Positions 12,171 through 24,419 of a stretch of DNA of 64,000 nt are shown here, one piece after another. Under the pieces are notes generated by a model, which made no database searches, was not told where the DNA came from, and saw only the letters and a list, made by a program, of their open reading frames with translations. Each line of letters begins with the position of its first letter. The first letter of the stretch is position 1. A program made the position numbers and the translations under genes. The DNA is from Antedon mediterranea (lineage: Eukaryota > Animalia > Echinodermata), in assembly GCF_964355755.1 (NCBI RefSeq), contig NC_092679.1, positions 13,251,432 through 13,315,431 of the forward strand. The letters run 5' to 3'.

Positions 12171-12759
12171 AAAATTGATAGTTACTCACTTGTAAAATTC
12201 AAATGTTATTTAATTTTGTTCGCTTTTCTATAAAGTGAATAACTTTTTTTGAAGTGATTTCATTTTCATGTTTTTGGGGTCAATATCTTTTATATTTAAA
12301 CATTTCCGACCGACCGATTAATTAAGTTCAATTATACTATGTCAAATTTATTGATGTCAATAATTATTTTGGCAATATCTAATTGTAATTTACATCAAAC
12401 TGCTTTTCGTCATTCATTAAAATATAGGCCTACAGTCTTGTGATCAACGTTTCCTTATTCCGAAAGTTTAAGAAACCTTGGATGAAAAACTTGTTATATG
12501 GGAATATAATATTGCTATTGAAGTTAATTATTAATCAGAAATAGGTACAAATATAAGTAAAAATTGCTGATATTATTATACATATTTTCAACAATTGTAA
12601 ATTGTCGGTGTAGAAACAATTATGGTAAATATTACAACTGAAACGACAGAAGACGAAATACATTCTTCGATTTACAGATGATGTGATATCACACGCAAGT
12701 TTTGTGCGCTTGCTTGTGTAATGAACATTACTGTAATGGTGTTAATTATTTTAGAAAAA

Positions 12760-13205
12760 ACCTGAGAAAGAAATTATTTCAAAGAAACATAGAAACGAAT
12801 TGTGTTAGATAGGTTGGAAAGAAACCTTAACCTGTGGTTTCGGCTTACTAAATTTAAAAAAAAACTCTAAAGAAGAAGTTTAAATATTGATTGGTTGAAA
12901 AAACTTTACTGGTTTTGGCTTACTAAATTTGTAACGTTGGTTTAAGAAACGTTTTTTTAGATAAGGTTGAAGAAACGATTGCTGGTTACAGAATTTAAAA
13001 AGTTTGTTTAAGAAACGTTTTGTTTTAATATTAGTTGAAAGGAACATTTATCAGTTTTGGCTAACTGAATTTTATAGAAAACGTTATTTTAAAATCGATT
13101 GAAGAAACGGACCGGTTTAAAATTAATCTAAGAAACGTTTACTGGTTGCGAATGCCACGGATCTTTTAAAAGGCGGTTAAAAACGGTGTAATATTTTTGT
13201 TCGTG
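12760..13205. repeat. Degenerate ~55-60-bp repeats, probably the subterminal region of another CAC-ended transposon
   Basis: Recurrent GAAGAAACGTTT..CTGGTT..GGCTTACTAAATTT motifs ending at TTTTTGTTCGTG (13205). Confidence 0.4.
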
Positions 13206-14312
13206 TAAACAGTTGGTTAATGACATTTCTTGTTTAGCGTTGATATTTTAATAACATCAAATAACAAAATCATAATTATTGACTTGTTGACTTTTTATTA
13301 GGACTAATTGTACTTTGACAATAACAATATGGAAGGCTAATTTAATAACTTGTTTAAGTGTATAAGTAATACATACTATTAAATTATACATTACTTTTCT
13401 GAAAATATTTATTCTGTAATAAATTAAAATATAACAATTTAAACATCGGTTTATAATTGTAGCTCATTTTCTAGTACTTTATGAATATAATAAAATACTA
13501 AACAAAAAATGCATAAAATCAAAAATACATAGACAAGTACATGTCTTTATTTTGTTCACAAACCTAATAATTTGGTCTATGAGGCAATTTCCCCAATGAT
13601 CGTAATATCTCAACGGTTACTAGGTTTGGTCTTCTAGTCATTTCTTTATAGAAGAAATGAAGAAAATCTTGTTCGTCTTTGAACAACATGTGGTGTAAAT
13701 GTATGCTTTTTTATTTTATATTGTCTTAAAAACAATACTAGAATGTTAAAAGATTATTGCATTTCGCATTAACTACGGTACATCCTACACCTTTAAAACA
13801 AGAACACACCATCTTACGACTTGAGGTTAGACACAAACGTATCTTGACCATAGACTTCCTTATATACAATCTGGAAAGTTAGATTACACCTAAAAAACAT
13901 TGCAAAATTTAATTTATTATATCCAACAACAAGAAGTACATTTAATTCATTATCACGTCATAATGTCAATTTTGATTAAAATTCATTGTTTTTGTACCAC
14001 GCAATCTCATCAAATTAATGTAATCATTAATTATTGACAACCATGCCGCTGTCGGCTAATTATTATTTACAATGTATAATCAACACACTGTTTTTAATAA
14101 CATCTAAGTTAATTTTCAAGGTAGGCCTATCTGTCATTCTATCAAATACATCTCAATAATAACGAAGTATAATAATGACACAACAGAAAGCGTGACACTA
14201 GCACACGCAAGTGCAAAGTATTATGAAATGAAAACAAAACAGTTATTGGTATGATTTGTCTAATGTAAGGTATATCATTAAAAATAAGTAGAGATTGAAT
14301 CCTTATTTTAAG

Positions 14313-14997
14313 TCAACTTCTTGTCAAATTGTCTCTGCAAACGTGAGTTATTTCTTTCACGGCTCTTCTAAACTCAGAAAGGCGAAACCAGTAAATAATC
14401 GGGTTCGCGAGAGAGTTAATCACTAACAAACAATGATATATATATAAAGAATAAGAATATTTTCCTTATTCGGTTCACTAAAAACCCCATGCAAAATCTT
14501 GATGATATTGTGTAAACAAATTGGTCCACATGTTAGAGTTAGCACACCGACTACGGTATTATACAAAACGTTGCTAACATCTTCCGAGATGCGTCTACAC
14601 TTTGCGTTGAAACTGGAATATTTCTCTTGTGTTTTCGAATGGATTTGTAAATTAGAATATAAATAACTGCGTTTACTATCAAGTACACATATGTAACAAT
14701 AGTCAGGAATATAGGACATAACCCAAAACAAATACTACTAACATCTGGCTTACTATTATAACTATAACGGCTAATGAGTATGTCTTCTTATTGACAATAA
14801 CATGGTATTTCATCGGAGCCCAAACAAGTGCGATGTAGCGATCAATAGCAATACAAGAGATTGAACATAATATTGATATCAACATTAAAGCATTCATATA
14901 AGTTCATAGAATCCAATAACCATGATGTTTTAGTAATACAAATACGTAAGAGAACAGAACCAGAAGAGATCCCGTAGCATCAGCAAAAGCCAGTAGA
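14313..14997 (-). pseudogene. Class A GPCR pseudogene, paralog of 15395-16264
   Basis: SISCIAIDRYIALVWAPMKYH and INSLANPIIYWFRLSEFRRA in different frames; stops and frameshifts; TM1 missing. Confidence 0.88.
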
Positions 14998-15394
14998 CTT
15001 ATATAGAAATTATAATAAAGGTCAGGACATAATGTATAGGCCTAGAGGATTGGTAATGCGTAAATGAAGAACAGATCGGTTTTAAACAGCTCATTAGGCC
15101 TATGCTTGATCTTGTATATTGCTGGCTCATTTTTATTTTTACTTTTGGTTTAAGCTTTTTTGGAAAGATTTTTAGCCAGAGTTTCTTCCAAGTCACAGTA
15201 TACTGCAATATTGTTAAAACCTGCCTGCTCTAACAAATATACAAACTACTGCAACAAGAATAAGCGATAGTGATTGGTGGATTAACTAATAAACATATTA
15301 ACGTAGATTATTTCAACCACGTGTCACAATGTTCACAATTTTAGGTAATGTGATGCGGAAATACTTTACTTTCGCCATTGTCTCATCGCAAACG

Positions 15395-16264
15395 TTAAGG
15401 ATATTCGTAAGTTTGGTAGGTGTAGTTAAAGCACTTATTAAAGCACCAAATATCCCCTAACGCTTTTCTAAAATTAGTAAGTCGAAACCAGTAAATGAAA
15501 GGATTTGCAATAGAATTTATCATTAACAAACAATAATATATATATATTGTAAATACAGCTTTCCTGAAATCATTATTAATACTGCCCTTTAAAACGACAA
15601 TTAAGTTGTTTACACATAAAGGTGCACATGTTAAAATAAACACGCCTACAATGATACAAAAAGTCGTCAACATTTTTGTAGAAGTTAGTCTTGGCAACTG
15701 ATTGCGCTTGCTGTTCCTACGAATACTTAAGTAAATCGCTATGTATAAAATTGTGTTTATAAACATATACACCAACAACACTATGGATACAATTATATTG
15801 GTTACGTATATTGTGAGAAATACCTGAATTGTTATGACCATTAAAACGGCAATTGTGCAGGTTTTCTTGGTGACAATAAGATGGTATTTCATCGGTGCCC
15901 AAACGAGTGCGATGTAGCGATCAATAGCGATACAAGAAATCGAACATATTGATACAAAATATGTTCCATTAAATACTTTGAATAGATAGAAATAACCATC
16001 ATGTTTGTTCAACAATAAAATGTATGCTACTATTGTTAACATAGGATTAATTGCGTCCGTTAATGCAAGTAAACTTACAAAAACGTTTTGCTTTTTTCGA
16101 AGCTTTTTAGAAGAAATAATCAGAATTAAAACAAAGATGTTCGCAAGGAAAGCGATTATACAAAATACGTAGATAATTGGTAATGCGTAAATATAGAAAC
16201 GTTCCGTTCTGAGAATCGCAGATGTTTCATCCATCCAAACGTATATTGGTGGTATAGTTGTCAT
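15395..16264 (-). CDS. Single-coding-exon class A (rhodopsin-like) GPCR, 289 aa, orphan/chemoreceptor-like
   Basis: AN (TM1), SLLALTDA (TM2), AIDRYIA (TM3), FILTCAP (TM6), NSIANPFIYWFR..FRKA (TM7/H8). First ATG at 16264; acceptor-like TTCCTTGCAG just upstream (~16300). Confidence 0.88.
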   Translation of the reverse strand: MTTIPPIYVWMDETSAILRTERFYIYALPIIYVFCIIAFLANIFVLILIISSKKLRKKQNVFVSLLALTDAINPMLTIVAYILLLNKHDGYFYLFKVFNGTYFVSICSISCIAIDRYIALVWAPMKYHLIVTKKTCTIAVLMVITIQVFLTIYVTNIIVSIVLLVYMFINTILYIAIYLSIRRNSKRNQLPRLTSTKMLTTFCIIVGVFILTCAPLCVNNLIVVLKGSINNDFRKAVFTIYIYYCLLMINSIANPFIYWFRLTNFRKALGDIWCFNKCFNYTYQTYEYP

Positions 16265-16749
16265 TTTACCATCACATTGTATTTTGTACACATCCAAAAC
16301 TGCAAGGAATTCACCTATCTAAATACAACAGAAAATCGCTTTACATTAAGTAGAATTAATTCTAATATTCAGACCATAGACAGTGTGAGTTTATCTGTAT
16401 CAAAATAATTCATAACAATATCATAAAAACGCAAGCGGAGATTTTGTAAGATATTTTCTCGTCCCTTTTGCAAAGCTGTGTCGTATCTTATAAACCCTTT
16501 GTATATGTTACATCTAAATTCCAGATATAATAAAACCATAGATTACGAGAATATTTTTAATACAAAAGGTGCCCAGCAGCTTATCTCGTCCTCAGCCCAT
16601 GTCCGAGACAAAGTTTCGGTAACCTTGGATCTTCAATAATTATAATTTTTTGCCAATAGCTTATCAAGAACGAGATTTTACAATTTAAGAGTTTTCTACA
16701 GAATTACTAGTCATTTAACGAATTCTGGATCCGGATTCCGTAATGTGCC

Positions 16750-16952
16750 AATTCTCGTTGGTAGAAGGTACAAACGAGTTACCACGGTGTAGTACCAACA
16801 TTTTTGCCGTGGTGTAACCCCCTACTTTTCCGAAAGATGACATGAGTTTTAAGACCTTATCCGAGAAGAACAACCAGAACAATGGTCGAGGAGTACCTTG
16901 ATCCTGTGACGATTGTATACCTCGCTCCTGCCTTAACCGCTCACCAACTTCC
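16750..16952 (-). mobile_element. tRNA-headed Deu-type SINE, internally deleted copy
   Basis: Reverse complement GGTGAGCGGTTAAGGCA...CTTCTCGGATAAGG...GAAAAGTAGGGGGTTACACCACGG matches the 35110 copy. Confidence 0.6.
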
Positions 16953-17624
16953 AAGCTATGTTTTATCCTTAGAATGTGCAGGAGCATTATTTTTTTCTTC
17001 TTTTTTTCGCTAGATCTCAGTTCTCTTATTAGCTTTTCGATACTGTCACAATATTGGAGTGATGATACAATTGCAAACAATCTCATTCGATTAACCAAAT
17101 ATACAAAGGACTTAAAAAATATTGAAATAATTATCGTAGTTGATGTATAACGGTTTGAAAACGTAACCGGCTGTCATCAGGTTTTCACGTTTGTAAACAT
17201 TCACAAATATTAGTTCAACTTAAGTTGCTGACAATGTTTACCTGTTAAGTTTTACTATTAGTTTGGACTCACCACACGCATGCGCACACACGCGCAGTGC
17301 AAAAAGTCGAACCAACGAGCAGTGACAATTTAGATTTTTCTAATTAGTATATACATTACACAAAGAATATTTAAGAACTATTACAGATTAAATAAACTTT
17401 CCATTAAAAGCAGAAATCCTGATATTAAAAAGATTGACATTCAGTTTTATAACTATTTTTGTTGGAATGGTACTTATCTAAAATAAATTCGAAAAAGATT
17501 TACATGACGGCCAAACCTATCTATCAACGAAGTAAGTGAACAGCAAAGATCAAAGAAAGTCGGTGTACATGTTGAGGTTAGTATTGCCGTTGTTATGAAC
17601 GCAATTCTGGTCTATATTAATGTT

Positions 17625-19125
17625 AAAAGGTAAAGGTATTAAACATCTAGGCTTAACAGCTGGAAACTGAGAGAATTCGGACTATGCCCTTCGGACCCAT
17701 GGCAGCCAGCCGCAGTGTAGTGCTTTCCCGGATAAGCACAGGGAGACGATCCCCTACTTCTATATATAAATTTACGTAAGGGCAAAATTCGGTAAATCGC
17801 GCCTTACTTCTAGAATTTTCACTCGATGGTATGTAAAGTTGGTTCGTACTTTCGGTACTGATTTTAACCACCTGATGTAACCCTGTTTACTAATTAAATT
17901 AAGTTAGATAATTAGTTATTGACGATTAAAACGAATTTAGGTTCAACGATTTGCCCCAAATAGGGGTGTTTTCCGATCGTGGTATACACTGTCTAATGGA
18001 TGTCCATCTTGAAAAATACCCGCCACAAAAATGCGAGGAGGCTTCGCATTTTCCTATCTCCTCCTACGATAATTGTTTTTAATAGCTGAAAACCGGTTGA
18101 ACAGCTAGAGTACACCATCATAATGTTGAAGACAGGCCGATTTTCTTTAAAAAATACTATTTTGATAGATTTAATATACGATTATACAAATGTATTGATT
18201 TGCGATGAATGGAACATCCCAATCTCTCAGTCTGCCAGAGTTTGGTTTAACACAAGTACTGTAGGTAAATTTATGAGCCCTTGGTTTAACACATACGGTA
18301 GGTAAATATATGGGCCCTTTGAGAATAAACTTGCAATACTTTGACAATACTGTAAATAACTATTTTTGGAACTCATTTGAATCGAAAATTTCTTACTGTG
18401 AATGTTCGTCCTGTTAGATAATAATAAACTGTTAGATATATAAACACATTATTATATACAAATACACTTTATACTGACAGTTCCTTCTCAACGTTTGTAT
18501 TAATTAATAATTACCAAAAATATAAACGTCGTAGTGGTGTATCGTGACATGTACTTTAATATTTCAATCGATTATGACAGTGACAGTTTTAACAAAGTAT
18601 TAAATCGCAAATGTTTTACTGTATTTAGAGGTATATTATGTATAGGCTTATAAAATATAACAAAATATTTCGTTACTGAGTGGATAAAGAATATATTTAA
18701 AAATTGTTCCTCTTTGTACCTATCCGCTTTCCCATCCCTCAACCCTAATGTTACATACAAAACACAAATTGGGTTTCTTTAAATGAGTCCAAATGTGAAA
18801 AGTTTCACCTTCGGAAGTAATTCCCAGGGTGCTAATTTTAGTTGACTACATAAATCATCGTGTCTATTTATTCGTTTCTGTAAACGACAATGTATTATAG
18901 TCCTGCGGTACGTACATTTGAAATCGCCAGTTTTGTTACGCTGAAATTACTGTAGGCCTATATTCGAGAACCATCTGTGGGCACGACCTAGATGGTACGC
19001 GAGCGAAGCGAGCGTACCATCTAGTTTTTAAAAGGTGTACAAATTTCGCATGTATGCACTGTATGTACACGGGACCAACGGCTTTACATCACATCCGAAG
19101 GACAAGGCAATGAGATTAAAGAATC
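17625..19125 (-). mobile_element. Deu-domain SINE split in two (17625-17758 and 19025-19125) by a Helitron insertion
   Basis: Joining ...GATCCCCTACT|TTTTTAAAAGGTG...GGGACCAACGGCTTTACATCACATCCGAAGGAC restores a continuous reverse-complement Deu core. Confidence 0.6.
17759..19024 (+). mobile_element. Non-autonomous Helitron, complete copy
   Basis: 5' TCTATATATAAA; 3' hairpin CTAGATGGTACGCGAGCGAAGCGAGCGTACCATCTAG followed by T; no TSD; second copy at 21520. Confidence 0.75.
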
Positions 19126-19313
19126 CTGTTGATCAATAAATATGGCACAGACAAAGCTCCAGCTCATGCCTATCAATATATGCTAGTCTGATTTTCATAA
19201 CACCATCATTAGGTAAATTACTAAAGGAGATTTTCTTATCCCTCGTCCTTACCTTGAAATCTTTAAACTTTCTTTTAGTTTCAATGCTTCCTCTTTCTCT
19301 TTAATTCTCTACC

Positions 19314-19546
19314 TTTAACATAGGATTAATTGCTTCCGTTAATGCAAGTAAACTTACAAAAACGTTTTGTTCTTTCGGAACCTTTTAAGAGATGATCATC
19401 AGAATTAAAACGAAGATGTTCCCAAAGAAAGCGATTACACAAAATCCGTAGAGAATTGGTAATTCGTAGTTAAAGAAACGTTCCGTATTGAGAATTTCGC
19501 ATGCTTCATTCATCCAGACGTCGTGGGTTACTGATGGAGTTGTCAT
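19314..19546 (-). pseudogene. 5' fragment of a third paralog of the class A GPCR
   Basis: MTTPSVTHDVWMNEACEILNTERFFNYELPILYGFCVIAFFGNIFVLILMIIS, then frameshift, QNVFVSLLALTEAINPML, then truncation. Upstream flank 19720-19790 matches 17040-17115. Confidence 0.88.
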
Positions 19547-20413
19547 CAAATCGTATTTTGCACACAATCATCCAAAACTACAAAGTCAATTCACTTAACA
19601 ACCTATAACAAAAAACCTGTATAGAAACTCTCTAGCGATTTCGAATATAATTTTAAAATGTCTAAACAGGACTCCAAATAATAGAGAATACGTGTACAAT
19701 GTTACTAGAGAAAATAAGCTGTCGCAATACTTCAGTGATACAATTTCAAACAACCTCGTTCGATTAGACAATATACAAAGAACTTCAAACAAAATGTTGA
19801 ATGAATTAGTTGTGAAATGAAACCTATCTACAGTGAGAGTGACACTATAACTGATGTTGATAAGATTCAACTAGGCTTCCACCTTGAGATAGGTCACCTT
19901 GGATAAACTCAACGATTCGGATTCGAATTGGCATTTTAACCTAAAAAAGTGTCAAACCAATCAGAAATCATGAATGTTCACTAATGTAAAAAGGCGTTAG
20001 TAAAATAAAATAAAACAATCGTAAGTATTGTATGTGGACTGCCTGTCTGAAACTGAATTGATAATACAGTAACTCATACGCGCTAACTTAGCAATAAAGA
20101 GGTTTTTCACCATTACGACTATAGGATAACGGAAACAAATAGGCGTTACAACTTTGTGCGTTTCTGTAAGCCAGTGAAAATCTGTTTTGCATGGCAAAAC
20201 AATGTTTGACGGCGACAAATTTGAACTAATTACAGAGCGGATGATAATTTTAAAACTGCTATTTATCTCGCATTTACAGCACAAATCGTAATAGGTCAAA
20301 AGCTAATTGTTTTATACTGTATTTACAAATATGAAATGTTCTACAGCACGAACACGTGTTTCTGTTGAAGGCTGCTAACTATTTGGCGTTTATCAATGTA
20401 TCCGTGTACTAAC

Positions 20414-20945
20414 ATGGCGGAACAAAGGTATGTCGGAAAATATTATTTAAGTATGTAACATTTAACTCTACTCATAAGGTCCTGTTTAAACTTATTATAA
20501 ATTGTGTTCTCAGCGATCTCTTTTAGGACCAATTTCATGCTCTCCGTATCTACATTTTCGATTATTTGTAGACTGTTATCTATCCACACAATTCCATGTA
20601 CCTACAATCAAACGGTTATATAGGCTAGGCCGAATGGCCTGCTAGTAATGGATGCCAATGATAATAAATAGGCCTAGAGAGGCCTTCTCTTGTCAATAAA
20701 TAATAATAATCAATCTAGGAATTAAAAATAAAATAAATAATATGCACCCTACTAGCTAGTTAGACCTAGATAGAGTGAGCAGAGTAGAAAGGAGCCTGCC
20801 CTAGACCTAGTTTGTTTTATTTGTGCATTGTATATTTATATATTAATATAATAGGTGATCAGGTTAAGGCTAAATTCAATCGTATGAGGGATTCACTTCG
20901 AACGAATATAAAGAAAGAAAGGAAGGCGAAGTGGAGTCGCATACT
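20414..20945 (+). pseudogene. Decayed MADF/Myb-SANT gene fragments, probably Harbinger-derived
   Basis: Exon-like 20854-20940 reads DQVKAKFNRMRDSLRTNIKKERKAK (MADF helix-3 pattern); IHTIPCTYN near 20583; element ends not identified. Confidence 0.4.
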
Positions 20946-21519
20946 CCATGTTCAATGTTGTTTCTTTGGAGCGTCAAAAGAAACTCAGTATAATGCGTAT
21001 ATTTAATGCATTTATTGGTGAAAATTACGTTCAATTTTAATATATTTGTCAATGTCAAAACAACAAAAATGTTACTGTTGATACTGTACATTTCGGTAAC
21101 TTTTAAAAATACAAATCGACAAATTCATCGTCATATTACATGTACTGTAGGTTTATACCTCAATGATCTAAATAATATTCCTCTTAGTCTTAGCCTAGGT
21201 AGTGAGATTTGGGTCGGTTGATAATTGAAAACAGCACATTATTAGCAGTAACATGTTCCAGCATTTTAATTGACAAAATATATTTAAATTAAACGTGCAT
21301 TTCAATAATAGATGCATTAAAAGAGGACGCATTCCACTGAGTTTTTAACCCTCTATTATAGTTGCTCTTTTGGAGCTCAATATATTGAACTTCGAGTATG
21401 CTAAATTCGTGAACGGTATGCGAGAAACATGTCTGTAAAAGCATCAATTTAAAAGATTTTACTTTTATGTGATTCTTCTTCATAAAAGGGCTTATGAGGC
21501 CCAATTCTAAGGTGTGGTA

Positions 21520-22246
21520 TCTATATATATAAATTTACGTAAGGTCAAAATTCGGTAAATCGCGCGTTACTTTTAGAATCTTTACTCGAAGTTGGTTCGT
21601 ACTTTCCGTACTGATTTTAACCACCTGATGTAACCCTGTTTACTAATTAAATTGAGTTAGATAATTAGTTATTGAAAATTAAAACGAATGGATGTCTATC
21701 TTCAAAGATACCCGTTCACAATAATACAAGGATGCCTCGCATTTTCCTATCTCCTTCTACGATACTTTTTGTTAATAGCTGAAAACCGGTTGAACAGCTC
21801 GAGGTACAGCATCATAATGTTGAAGACAGACTGATTTTCTTAAAAAAATACTATTTCGATAGATTTAATATACGTTTATACAAATGTATTGATTTGTGAT
21901 GAATGGAACATTCCAAATTATTTGGTTTAACCATAGAGGTATACTGTAGGCTTACCTTCATGGTTTAACACAAGTAGGTAAATTTATGGACCATTGGAGA
22001 ATAAACATAAAAAGTATTGCAATGCTGTACAATACTGTAAATAGGTATTAACCACTTTTGATCGCCATTTGAATCGCAAGGATTCAAGGGTTCTAATTTT
22101 AGTTGACTACATAAATCATTGTGTCTATTTATTCGTTTCTGTGAATGCAATGTATTATAGTCCTGCGGTACGTACATTTGAAATCTCCAGTTTTTTCTCG
22201 CTGGAATTACTGTGCATTCGAGAACCATCTGTGGGCACGACCTAGA
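21520..22246 (+). mobile_element. Non-autonomous Helitron, second copy (internal deletions, 3'-truncated)
   Basis: A|TCTATATATATAAATTTACGTAAGG start; colinear with 17759-18992; breaks at GCACGACCTAGATG before the hairpin. Confidence 0.75.
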
Positions 22247-22390
22247 TGAACCTGACGCCGGATGCGAACTTGATTGGAACCGGCGCCGGACTAAACCGTG
22301 CCGGAACAGGTGTGAAAGATCCTTAAGACCAGTACTGCACACCGACTCTACTGCACACCGTTTGTTGTACAAAATGGTACTTGATAATTG

Positions 22391-22640
22391 AACCTCTAGG
22401 AGGGCCTTTTCGAATGTCACAGCTTCAATGATGCTTCAGTAACCTCTAGGCGAGCCTTTCGAATGTCACAGCTTCAATGATGCTTCAGTAACCTCTAGGC
22501 GGGCCTGTCGAATGTCACAGCTATAATGATGCTTCAGTAACCTCCAGGCGGGCTTTTCAAATGTCACAGCTTCAATGATGCTTCAGTAACCTCTAGGCGG
22601 GCCTTTCGAATGTCACAGCTTCAATGATGCTTCAGTAACC
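22391..22640. repeat. 49-bp minisatellite, 5 copies
   Basis: Unit AACCTCTAGGCGGGCCTTTCGAATGTCACAGCTTCAATGATGCTTCAGT. Confidence 0.95.
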
Positions 22641-24419
22641 GCCTGCGTGCTTCATAATTGTTTTCATCATCTTACCATCAATCCAGATGGCGAAAAGAGA
22701 AATCCTATATATATCACGAGCTGAAAAAAAATACGTGTAAATAATAATAAATCATAGAATCTGATTATTAGGGATGGAAGAAATATTAATTTATTTTCTG
22801 AAGTTAGGATAAATCAGAAACAGCCTGTAATTGGTCTTTTGTAGAATACCAAGCATGTTTATTCATTATCTTCCATTGATGCCAATATTAGAATTAACTG
22901 TCGAAACGACATGTGTTCATTGGTCATTCTGACGTAATAGTCTGTCATTAGCATACATTAGGAAAATATTGAATACCAGATACACAAATTGGTCTATAGC
23001 ACCTGTACATAAATGAAGATCTTTGTAATGCAATGGGAACAACCAATCAACGCTTTGATAATTTGACAGTTGATAAATATGCATTTTTCTTACAAACGAA
23101 GTTAGAAACGTTTCATTCTATAACTACGGATAACAATTTATGCTGCCTTTGATGAAAAGAATAATTTCACACGTCCAATCAAATGACGTCATGATTAGTA
23201 AGACCAATACTATCGTGACGATAAACGATTTTATTGTTCATGACGTCATTTAATTGGATTTAAAAAAAACATATTTTATCACAAGACAGCATAATAATGG
23301 TTATCTTATAATTCTAAAATGAATGTAATCCAAGTGAGCAGCAGCCGTAAGACAAGTACAAAAAATAACATTCTATAAATAAATTGTGTTAATATTTTTA
23401 ATTAATAAACACGAATGACCCTATCTCATTACAAATAGTAATTATCCCAGTTCAATAAACTAGTAGCTAGACATATCACATACTATACTGTACGTTGATA
23501 CTGAAATTACAACACATAGGATAAAACCTATTCTGTCAAACTGTGGCAATTATTCTGGTGTCACAGATTAACATGTCACTATGATATTGTCATCATTTTA
23601 GACATCGTCCCATGCATGTGATTTATAAACGTTTTCTAACTCACATCATTTTTTCCCGTTTTAAATGTATAATCATAATTTTAAGCACTTGAAAATGTAC
23701 ACTGCACAAATGGATTGTTTGAGAATATACTGTGGTTTGCAATACAATAATAATAATACAATAATAATTATTATACTTGGGCACCCGTGGTTCAGCATGT
23801 AACCAACTTCGCATTCTATAGTAAAACTATCAAAAATAATATTATTTTGTCTGGTCGTAAATACATATATAATAAAAATATTGTTATTGTTAAGTAATGG
23901 AGAATACAACGTTCTTATGAATCTAAGGCCATGTGAAAAGGTACTGTGTAAGGGTTGTGTATGCTACAGTATTTATATATAAGGGAATGTTTATATTGAT
24001 ACCAAACTAAGCAAGTTGTAGGAAATAGATACATAAAGCAGACTTCCTAAGCACCGCTGATAACTCATGGTTAAATTTCGTTTCTTATTTTCTTTCAAAT
24101 CAAAATAGTGGTACACATTGAAATCTAAACCTAAGAACTGCATAGCATGTGACAAAAAAGCTAAATGTTAAAGCTGTAGATACCCAAAAGAAATTATTAA
24201 CCAAAAGACACATATAATGTAGTTTTATAAAGACATGTGATATTACTACTACTATACAGTATTCGATTAGCATAGGATCCCCAGCAGGCAAACATAATAC
24301 TGTACTACAACGTGTACAGACATGCTGCACTTACACTGTTTGACATATTACAGTAATTAGTTCAAACTGTTAAACATCCATACTGTGCATTATACAGATT
24401 TCTATACTGTACTTAAAGT

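Noticed and set aside
17759-22246. Segmental duplication as the explanation of the 17759-18992 / 21520-22246 similarity
   Set aside because: Similarity starts exactly at a TC Helitron end and the flanks differ, so independent insertions fit better.
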